From contig JAYUVP010000279.1 in the NCBI GenBank assembly GCA_043753995.1, forward strand, positions 1-46,792: a DNA stretch of 46,792 nucleotides, given 5' to 3'. The notes beneath the pieces are model-generated. The model was not told the origin of the DNA and did no database searches. It worked only from the letters and a program-made list of their open reading frames with translations. This document shows, one piece after another, positions 8,852 to 16,178 of this stretch (the first letter of the stretch is position 1; every line of letters begins with the position of its first letter). The translations under genes and the position numbers were made by a program. This DNA is from Fibrobacterota bacterium. GTDB taxonomy: Bacteria; Fibrobacterota; Fibrobacteria; UBA11236.

Positions 8852-8868
8852 GGGCTCCGGAGCCCTAA
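8849..8868. repeat. Mini palindromic element, copy 1 (TAA-GGGCTCCGGAGCCC-TAA)
   Basis: Perfect 14-bp palindrome flanked by TAA direct repeats; 18/20 identical to the reverse complement of 25452-25471. Confidence 0.55.
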
Positions 8869-10133
8869 CCCGGTATTTGCAAATCGCCTTCGGAGGAAAA
8901 CCCCCAGGGTTGGGCGGACTCTGCCATCCACATGCCAGGTAGCGCACGAATTTCTTGCAAAAGGGCCGGGCTGCACCACCCTTCTCCCAATTCCAGGGTA
9001 TTGGCAATACGTAGTATGCGGGCATTCGCCATGCCCTCGGGGTGGCGACGAAAGACATGGCGGAGCGACGCCAGGATAGCTTCCTGATCGTTTGGAAAAG
9101 CCAGAGGCAAACGGCCCCTTTCCAGGTTTCCTGTGGCGGCGACATTGCGGGAGGTCGCCGCAAAATCGACTTGGGCGGCGAGGTGGGTGGTAGTGAAATC
9201 GGCGAGGCCAATGCCCAAGGCATTGCCGTGGCTGGCTTCGGTGAGGCGCAAAGCAGCAATTGCTGCGACTTTCGGAGCGGTTGGCTCGGCTTCTCCGGCA
9301 ATGCGTAACCTGCCGATGACATGGGTATCCATGCCGGTTCCACTGATATTCTTGCCGACTTGATCGACAATAAGCAGGTCAAGATTTTGCACTGGCAATT
9401 GGGGTGCCAGCGACTTGGCATAGATCAGCAATTCGGTTTCACGCGTCGACAAATTCTCCGCCGTCATGGCTTCCAGCCTGGCAGGCTGGTGCGCCGCGTC
9501 TTCGATGACGGCGAAGCCGGCGATAAAAGGCAGTCGCGACAATAAAGCGCGGGCGACTTGGGGCATTTGATGGGCAAGTCCCGATGGGCCTTGGGCATGT
9601 AGCCAGGTAGCTGCTTTTTCCTTGCCCAAGCCGATGGCCAGCATTTTTTGAATGCCGCTTTCCACCGGGCCCGAGAAGCTGGTATGTGCCTTGATGCGAT
9701 TGAAAAGCAAAATCCCATCGGCCTTGGCCGCCTGGGCATCGCAATAAAGCGGATGGCCTTCGGGGCTAGGCCCAAAATCGACAACTTCCATGCTGGAAAT
9801 CACGGGACAATTCAGGCTTTCAGGAGTGAGGCCAAGCCCCGCCAGCATTTCCCGCTGACCTTCGCCGGTAGCGCCGCCGTGGCTGCCCATGGCAGGCACT
9901 ACAAAGGGCTCACCGCCCGCTTGGAGTATACATGCCACCAGCGTTCGCGCGGCTTCCACGAGGCCAGTAATGCCTCGGCTACCCAGCCCCAAGGCAATGC
10001 GCTTACCTGCGACGTGAGAACTTAAGCCCAGTCGATCCCATTCCCGGCGCATTTCCGCGGCTAGGGAAAGCGATAAGCCCAACCCCAAGGGACGGCGATA
10101 CCGCCAAAGATTGGGAAGCGCCGGCAGGGACAA
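8865..10133 (-). CDS. Lactate racemase LarA N-terminal-like (DUF2088/DUF362-type) protein
   Basis: GSRGI, VPAMGSHGGATGEGQ, NRIKAHTSF, ESGIQKMLAIGLGK, GKNISGTGMD, SHGNALGIG. Confidence 0.75.
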   Translation of the reverse strand: MSLPALPNLWRYRRPLGLGLSLSLAAEMRREWDRLGLSSHVAGKRIALGLGSRGITGLVEAARTLVACILQAGGEPFVVPAMGSHGGATGEGQREMLAGLGLTPESLNCPVISSMEVVDFGPSPEGHPLYCDAQAAKADGILLFNRIKAHTSFSGPVESGIQKMLAIGLGKEKAATWLHAQGPSGLAHQMPQVARALLSRLPFIAGFAVIEDAAHQPARLEAMTAENLSTRETELLIYAKSLAPQLPVQNLDLLIVDQVGKNISGTGMDTHVIGRLRIAGEAEPTAPKVAAIAALRLTEASHGNALGIGLADFTTTHLAAQVDFAATSRNVAATGNLERGRLPLAFPNDQEAILASLRHVFRRHPEGMANARILRIANTLELGEGWCSPALLQEIRALPGMWMAESAQPWGFSSEGDLQIPG

Positions 10134-10138
10134 AGAAT

Positions 10139-10708
10139 TTATTCCATGAACTCGGGAAGTATTTCCAAATCCTTGCGAAGGGCGACCTTATTGGCCTCGG
10201 GCAAGTCGTCTGGAATGACCGGCGTCGTGACCGCACCGCAATCGCCCTCAATACAGGAGCCGTCTTTGTAGGTGGCTTCATGAATAGTCGCGGCGTCGAC
10301 GCGGTCCCAGATCTTGACCTTGCCTTCGATTTTGCCTTCGGCATTGTAGGAAATTTCCATCCAATTTTTGCCGGATGGGGTGAACAAGCGCCAGGTTTGC
10401 GCGGGCTTGCCTTTGGCATAGACCTTGACCCATTTCACGGCATTATTGTCATACCAAGCCTGGGAAGAACCTTCCTTCAATCCGTCCTTGTAAATCGTGC
10501 TGGCCGCAGGTGAGCCATTCCAAAAATATTCTTTGAAAGGGCCTTGAATCAGAGTGTCTCCCTTTGGGGTTCGTTCGATTTTCCACTCCTTCCAAATCGA
10601 TTTATTGGGATGCATCACGATACGTGGTTCCAACTTTTTCTCATCCGAGCATGCGAAAAGGCATACCAGCAGGGAGGCTTGCAGCAACCAGAAAAAAATC
10701 CGTTTCAT
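10139..10708 (-). CDS. Lipoprotein with MORN-variant repeats
   Basis: Lipobox LFAC; repeats of the G-x3-(E/A)(Y/W)(F/Y)xN...Y-x2-G type. Confidence 0.75.
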   Translation of the reverse strand: MKRIFFWLLQASLLVCLFACSDEKKLEPRIVMHPNKSIWKEWKIERTPKGDTLIQGPFKEYFWNGSPAASTIYKDGLKEGSSQAWYDNNAVKWVKVYAKGKPAQTWRLFTPSGKNWMEISYNAEGKIEGKVKIWDRVDAATIHEATYKDGSCIEGDCGAVTTPVIPDDLPEANKVALRKDLEILPEFME

Positions 10709-10723
10709 GTCATTCCTCTTGTC

Positions 10724-11752
10724 TCAGTGATGGATGGAGCGATTTCGCAATCGCAGTATCATTTCGGAAAAGACGCGGCCTTGGGTGGCCCGGTCCTGGG
10801 CGGTAATGGTCGATCGGCCATCCAGTCGGGTGAAAACATGCAAGCGCGAATCAATCATTTCCACTTCGGCTTTGCCGCCGTTTTTTGGAATCAAGCCTTT
10901 TTTCAAATACAGCGCGCTAACAGGATCGGCAGAATTGTCATGCCGCGATTTATAAACCTTCAGACGCGTCCCGCTCGGTAGGGTCAGGCCGTTTTCCAAA
11001 CGATTTTTGGCCCGATTCAGTAAGGCATAAAGCTCTTCGAGCTGTTCGGCCGGGCGATTCGCATACCAATGCTTTTGCTCCAAAGAATCGCCGACATCTT
11101 CGATATTGCCTACAATGGGGCCGATGATAGTGGCGAGAGTCAAAAATTTATTGGTGGGAACGATAATGGGGTCGATGAAAAAGATTTCACGCGGCGGCTG
11201 CTGATTGAATTCGCCTGCATAAATGGCTTCAAGTAAAAGGGGGCAAGCGGTAGAGGCAGCAGCTAGGCTGATGTCGGTGTATCCACGGGCAACTAAGCTG
11301 TCATATTCCTTCAGAATGGGCGCGAGCCAGTCTTGCCAATGACTGGCCCGGAAATCGGCAAGATTGCCGCCATGCCCGCCCAAAAGGATGCGGGAAACCA
11401 AAATCGAATCGGCTTGATTCGAGGCGGGGGCGATGCGATTTTTCAATGCCACCGTGTCCTTGAATTCGTGCCATTCAAAAGTCGAGGCCGTAAACCCATG
11501 GGCGCAAATCACCACGGGCAATCGCAATTGGGACGAATCGGGGTGGGGTAGGCGCGTCGAAAGTCGAATGGATGAATCGAAGGCAGGCGTGCCGATTAAG
11601 GCTTCAAAACTCGAGTCGTCATAACGGCGACCATCCAACCAATCGGATTCGCAGACGGCATCGCATTCGGGTTCATTGAGTCCGCAAGCCCAGAACAAAG
11701 CCAGGCCCGCGAGAAACACAACGCTAAGAAGCCATGGCTTAACCGATTTCAT
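10724..11752 (-). CDS. Alpha/beta-hydrolase (esterase/lipase-like) lipoprotein
   Basis: HGFTAST oxyanion motif, LGGHG, nucleophile elbow AASTA, later D-x-SADP and LHVFTRL; lipobox-like WAC after ATG 11752. Confidence 0.75.
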   Translation of the reverse strand: MKSVKPWLLSVVFLAGLALFWACGLNEPECDAVCESDWLDGRRYDDSSFEALIGTPAFDSSIRLSTRLPHPDSSQLRLPVVICAHGFTASTFEWHEFKDTVALKNRIAPASNQADSILVSRILLGGHGGNLADFRASHWQDWLAPILKEYDSLVARGYTDISLAAASTACPLLLEAIYAGEFNQQPPREIFFIDPIIVPTNKFLTLATIIGPIVGNIEDVGDSLEQKHWYANRPAEQLEELYALLNRAKNRLENGLTLPSGTRLKVYKSRHDNSADPVSALYLKKGLIPKNGGKAEVEMIDSRLHVFTRLDGRSTITAQDRATQGRVFSEMILRLRNRSIHH

Positions 11753-11784
11753 AGGGAGTTCTTGGCTAGGGGCGAAAAGCCAAT

Positions 11785-12321
11785 TTACATCAAGCTCCAG
11801 AAGCTGATGAAGGCCGTCGCGGGATTCACCAGAGAAGACGTCAAGGCCTGATAGCCTAGGCCTAGGTGAAGACCATAGCGTCCCTCCCCCAGATTGAAGT
11901 TGAGGCCGAAGGCTGGGGACGCCAGCCATGCCGTATTGTCCAAGCCCAAGCCCTCGTCATCGAACCAAGTCCAACCCAGGTCGAGCTGAAAGGTTGGATC
12001 AAACCATTGATTCCGGCCCCAATGCCAAACGGGAGTCATGAGATACCAGTCTTGGACTGGCACCCGGGGGCGAAAAACCACCTCGAGGCGATTGGTCAGG
12101 TAAGCCGCTTGCAATTGCAGCTTGTGATTAAATAGATGGTAGTTGGAATAACCAAGGGTAGGCCCTTCGAAATAGTCATTCCCAGGCTGCAAATCGATGC
12201 TGCCTTGTACCCGACCGCCGGCTACCAGCAAGCCCTCGCCTGCGAAGGTTGGCAGAGCTCCCCATCCCGCAAGGAAAAGGCTAAAGACAAACCAATTTGG
12301 CAGAGACAAGAAGCCCTTCAT
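11785..12321 (-). CDS. Small outer-membrane beta-barrel-like protein
   Basis: Signal peptide ending TFA; amphipathic strands rich in aromatic residues and Gly. Confidence 0.6.
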   Translation of the reverse strand: MKGFLSLPNWFVFSLFLAGWGALPTFAGEGLLVAGGRVQGSIDLQPGNDYFEGPTLGYSNYHLFNHKLQLQAAYLTNRLEVVFRPRVPVQDWYLMTPVWHWGRNQWFDPTFQLDLGWTWFDDEGLGLDNTAWLASPAFGLNFNLGEGRYGLHLGLGYQALTSSLVNPATAFISFWSLM

Positions 12322-12498
12322 TCAAACGATTACCATCGGTAAGAGAAAAACGAGACCACTCCCAGCCACCTCGCAGCACCGCGGCCATGGAAAAGGATGG
12401 CTCGTTCTGATTGCCGGTCAATTTATTTAGATTCGGCCAACTTGCCGCGTAAAATAAACCTATGCGCGGTCGAACCTTGGCTTAAACCAGGATGCTTT

Positions 12499-12834
12499 AT
12501 GAACCATGCCCTTAGCCTTTCCGTTTCAGCTGCCGATATCGAAAAACGCTTGTGGGTGGCCGCCCGCGAAATTGCGGCCCAAGCGGGCTTTGAATTCACG
12601 GTCCCATGCGCGCAAAATGTGAAGGACTTTATACGCGCCGGCGTGCGTAATATGACCCGATTGGGGCGTGAACAGGACGCCGACTTGGAGGAAGCCGAGG
12701 CGAATTTATCCCGGTGGGTGGAGGCCATGGTTAAAGCTTCTACGGCGACGGTGGGCTCTAAAAACACTAAAATGATTCGGGAAGGTGCCTTGGTGGCGGC
12801 AAAGCGTCTTTGCCCGATTTGGCCATTCTGCTGA
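12499..12834 (+). CDS. Hypothetical all-alpha protein ending LCPIWPFC (histone-fold-like spacing)
   Basis: ATG at 12499 with AGGA upstream; 111 aa; amphipathic helices. Confidence 0.7.
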   Translation: MNHALSLSVSAADIEKRLWVAAREIAAQAGFEFTVPCAQNVKDFIRAGVRNMTRLGREQDADLEEAEANLSRWVEAMVKASTATVGSKNTKMIREGALVAAKRLCPIWPFC

Positions 12835-12883
12835 TTTAGCCGCGCAGGCCGCCATCCTGGCATGAGGTATATTTTCGACCAAG

Positions 12884-13669
12884 GTGATTTTACCCTCGAA
12901 TTTTGACGAGAAGTCTCGTCCCGCATCCCAACCTAAAGAGGTCGCAAACGCGCGTCCCTCAGGATCGGTCATCGATAGCTTTTTCGAATTGCATAAGGCT
13001 ATAGGGGAGCATAAAACCACGGAAATTCCCATTTCCCTGCTTATGAGCTTGCGTAAACTCGCCAATGGCGTGACTCCCCAGGAAATTCTTGAGAACCGAC
13101 CCCTTGTCGAGGAAAGCGATTCCGGCAAGCGTGAACTGATAGCGCATTTGCAAAGGGTGGCGGCTTATGCCGAGCTTCTGGCCTTGAAATGCGGATTGCC
13201 CTCAGAAGAGGCGCGTTTGGTTAAACAGATTTCACCCATGCATGATATCGGAAAGCTTGAAATTCCCGATCATATTCTGCAAAAGCCCAGCGAGCTTACT
13301 CCTGACGAGTGGGAAATCATGAAGTCGCACACCGAGGTCGGCTATGCCTTGCTTAAGGATTGCCAATTAGAAGTGCTTCAAATGGGCGCCTTGGTGGCCA
13401 AACAGCACCAAGAGAAATACGATGGTTCCGGTTATCCCCTGGGGCTCAAAGGCGACGAAATACACCTCTATAGCCGCATTACGACGGTGGCAGATGTTTT
13501 CGATGCCTTGGGTAGCAAGCGTTCTTATAAAGAGGCATGGCCGCTAGAGGAGATTGTCGCCTATTTCCGCGAAGGGCGAGGAACGCATTTCGACCCGAAG
13601 CTCGTGGATTTATTGCTTCAGAATATCGACGATTTCGTCGCCATTCGCTTGTCCTCGCGGACTCGCTAA
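12884..13669 (+). CDS. HD-GYP cyclic di-nucleotide phosphodiesterase
   Basis: HLQRV, MHDIGK, KSHT, HQEKYDGSGYP, ADVFDAL, R-x-YK, HFDP. Confidence 0.9.
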   Translation: MILPSNFDEKSRPASQPKEVANARPSGSVIDSFFELHKAIGEHKTTEIPISLLMSLRKLANGVTPQEILENRPLVEESDSGKRELIAHLQRVAAYAELLALKCGLPSEEARLVKQISPMHDIGKLEIPDHILQKPSELTPDEWEIMKSHTEVGYALLKDCQLEVLQMGALVAKQHQEKYDGSGYPLGLKGDEIHLYSRITTVADVFDALGSKRSYKEAWPLEEIVAYFREGRGTHFDPKLVDLLLQNIDDFVAIRLSSRTR

Positions 13670-13683
13670 GAGCTCCCGTAAAA

Positions 13684-14052
13684 CTACTCGCCCAATAAAG
13701 CGCGGACTTTTTCCATGAGTAAGGTCATGCGAAATGGCTTTTGCAAAAAGACCACGTCGCCATTGTTCAGTGAATTCTGAATGGCCGATGCGCTGGTGCC
13801 GGCATAGCCTGACATGAAAATCACCTTCAAGTCGGGCTGTCTCTCGCGCATTTCTTCGGCTAAGGCCTCACCATTCATGCCGGGCATGGCGACATCGGTG
13901 ATTAATAGGTCGGGTTTGAAACCAGAGTCTCGATGAGCTAGAGCTTCATTGGCATTGGCCGCTTCCATCACGGAAAAGCCCTTGTGCAACAATAAGTCCT
14001 TGAGAAGGCTGCGGAGCATGTCCTCATCCTCGACCAGCAATATGGCCGCCAT
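13684..14052 (-). CDS. Single-domain response regulator (REC)
   Basis: LLVEDE, LITDVAMPGMNG, IFMSGY, FLQKPF. Confidence 0.92.
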   Translation of the reverse strand: MAAILLVEDEDMLRSLLKDLLLHKGFSVMEAANANEALAHRDSGFKPDLLITDVAMPGMNGEALAEEMRERQPDLKVIFMSGYAGTSASAIQNSLNNGDVVFLQKPFRMTLLMEKVRALLGE

Positions 14053-14214
14053 GGCAAACCTTCCCTACGATAAAGTGCTCGCCAACGATTCGCAGACTTC
14101 CCGGTTAGGAGCAAACGAAGGTCGCGTTAATTCGAAAGCAAAAGATAAGGTGTGATCACGACTTTCGGAATGTGATCCTTTTCCCCGTTTCGCACGGGAT
14201 CTGGATTGACGGCC

Positions 14215-15330
14215 TTATAAATCCCAAATACTCAATTTCAAGCTGTCCCGCGGAGGAGAAAAATGAATTTGGAAGCGATGGGTGGCCACGGTTCTTTCAT
14301 CCGCCGTTTCCACCTTGATTTTCCATTCCCCTTCGCTCAGGTTTTGCTTATAAGTCAAACCACGAAATCCCCCCTGACGACCGCCGCTGAGTCCAAATCC
14401 GATTCGGGAAACGGTGACCCATCCTTTTTTTTCGTCATGGCGCAACCAGCGGTGATAAAGGGTGGTGTGCAAATCTTTGGGTGCAAAGATGGAGGTCATG
14501 CAAAAAAGCCGCTGCCCTGGCGCCACATGCAAGTCATTGTCTTGGGATCTCCAAAACACCCACCAGGGGGCGGCTTCGACTTCTAGCCTATAAATTCCAG
14601 GCGCTTTCACAAGGTTTTGGCCCATGACCAAATTTCTTTGCACCAAGGGCACGGGAGGAATAATGTCGGCGAAATTGGCTGCCGCCAAAATAATGGCTGC
14701 GGCCCAAGTCGGTCCGATTCTGCCAGGGCGACCTGGCGATAGAAGCCGCAAGCCATGAGTCCCGAAGGCTCCCAAAGCCGTGCTGGCATAGAATAAAAGC
14801 CAATGCATACTTCCCAAAACATGCGGAATCGCAAAATTGAGAAGCAGTATGAAGCATACGCCGAAAAGGGTCCAGGTCAGGGTGAAGCGACCATAATGAT
14901 TTTCGAGAAATTCATTTGCGATGAGCAAGCCGGCCAAAACGATGGCCACGAAATAGGCTGTAAAGTGAGATGAACTTTTGAAATAAAAGATGAATAAAGC
15001 GCTGAACAGGCCCCCGAAGAAAAACTGCAAGGCGAAATAAGGCCCCTCGTGTATAAGCCAGGTCTTAGCGGTCGAGTGATAGGCGCGAAATCCTTCGGTC
15101 CCGATTGTTGTCTGGCTTTCCTCAAGTTTGTTGGACTGCACCTGGGTGCGTTTGGCCAACCCTAGAAGCAAGAGCGCAGCCCCGGCCAAATAAGCAGCCA
15201 GGATCCACAAATCGAGGGGATTCACATTGCGCCCAAGAGTCAGAGCGTCCCACAGAAAACCGCCAAAGAAGGCGAGGGCGGGGAGGGTGGCCTGTAGGCG
15301 TTGCCAAATGGCTTGAACAGCGGCGGACAT
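14215..15330 (-). CDS. DUF2914-type membrane protein
   Basis: Several TM helices (FFGGFLWDALTL; QFFFGGLFSA), IPPVPL, and C-terminal GGRQGGFRGLTYKQ...GEWKIKVET. Confidence 0.75.
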   Translation of the reverse strand: MSAAVQAIWQRLQATLPALAFFGGFLWDALTLGRNVNPLDLWILAAYLAGAALLLLGLAKRTQVQSNKLEESQTTIGTEGFRAYHSTAKTWLIHEGPYFALQFFFGGLFSALFIFYFKSSSHFTAYFVAIVLAGLLIANEFLENHYGRFTLTWTLFGVCFILLLNFAIPHVLGSMHWLLFYASTALGAFGTHGLRLLSPGRPGRIGPTWAAAIILAAANFADIIPPVPLVQRNLVMGQNLVKAPGIYRLEVEAAPWWVFWRSQDNDLHVAPGQRLFCMTSIFAPKDLHTTLYHRWLRHDEKKGWVTVSRIGFGLSGGRQGGFRGLTYKQNLSEGEWKIKVETADERTVATHRFQIHFSPPRDSLKLSIWDL

Positions 15331-15381
15331 AAGGGGCGGTGGGTCAATTTATAACTTTGATCCCATTCTAGGGAAGCGGTA

Positions 15382-16167
15382 ATGTTTCAACCTTGGCATG
15401 CCCTAGCGGGCGAAAAGCCACGACCCCAATTCTTTCTTCGCGATCAGGAAGGCCGAGAGTTCGGAGTCGTTGAGCACTATGAAAATCGGCGCCTGCCGCC
15501 ACCGGCCCAGGTCGCTTTGGAATTTGTTTCCGCCGACTTTGCGGCAAAAAGGCCCTGGGTGCTTTTTGACTTGGAGATCTGGCGCGTGGTTGCGGGCCGC
15601 AGTCAGAATTTGCCCGATGCCATTTTCGAAGCCGGACTGGAATATTTCTTGGGACGGTGGCCAGAATCTGAAAAGCAATTACGCCGCGATCGGGCCAGAC
15701 TGGCGTCCTGTAAATCTCAAATTGATCTTGCCGGGCAAGGCTATACCATAGCCTTTTTCGAATTATTCCCCGCCGAATTGGGCGTGGAAGGGTTGCCTTT
15801 CTGCTCCCTGGACTCAGGCGATTTTCTCGTCGAAGACCAATATGGCATACGCCCGGGAGAATTTCGCGACGAGGTCACTCTGGTGCTTTTGCCCGCGAAG
15901 AACTCCGCAATTCCAATAGCGGCGGCAAATCCTTCGGCTTCGCCAGGCCCACAGGCCATTGCCGAAAAACCCTATGCCATCGTGAATTGGCGTTTCGGGC
16001 AGGGCTTTGACTTGCTTGATTGCCATGGCTCCGAGGATGCGGTGGCTGAGGCCGTGCAAAACTTCATGGCGGTGGATGGCCGCGAAGCCCTATATCGTGA
16101 ACGTTTGATGCGCATGCGCCGAGAAGGCGTTTTGCTGGGCGTCAAGCCCAATCTTTCTGTGACTTGA
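15382..16167 (+). CDS. Hypothetical protein
   Basis: 261-aa ORF filling the space upstream of ppc; no motif recognised. Confidence 0.6.
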   Translation: MFQPWHALAGEKPRPQFFLRDQEGREFGVVEHYENRRLPPPAQVALEFVSADFAAKRPWVLFDLEIWRVVAGRSQNLPDAIFEAGLEYFLGRWPESEKQLRRDRARLASCKSQIDLAGQGYTIAFFELFPAELGVEGLPFCSLDSGDFLVEDQYGIRPGEFRDEVTLVLLPAKNSAIPIAAANPSASPGPQAIAEKPYAIVNWRFGQGFDLLDCHGSEDAVAEAVQNFMAVDGREALYRERLMRMRREGVLLGVKPNLSVT

Positions 16168-16178
16168 AAGGAATTGCC

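Noticed and set aside
10139..10708. Toxin-antitoxin system (MORN-variant proteins are often labelled YwqK antitoxin)
   Set aside because: It is a lipoprotein with generic repeats and no toxin-like neighbour.
10724..11929. Longer 401-aa start for the hydrolase
   Set aside because: It overlaps the upstream barrel gene by about 145 nt; ATG 11752 gives a clean lipoprotein signal.
12349..12407. Structured RNA between the barrel gene and the LCPIWPFC gene (AACGAG.CCA...TGGCTCGTT)
   Set aside because: Only one imperfect long-range stem and no recognised riboswitch core.
14100..14150. c-di-GMP-I riboswitch near the HD-GYP/REC genes (GCAAAC...GAAA...GCAAAAG)
   Set aside because: The P1/P2 stems and GGGACGCAAAG core do not match, and the motif is on the strand opposite the adjacent genes.
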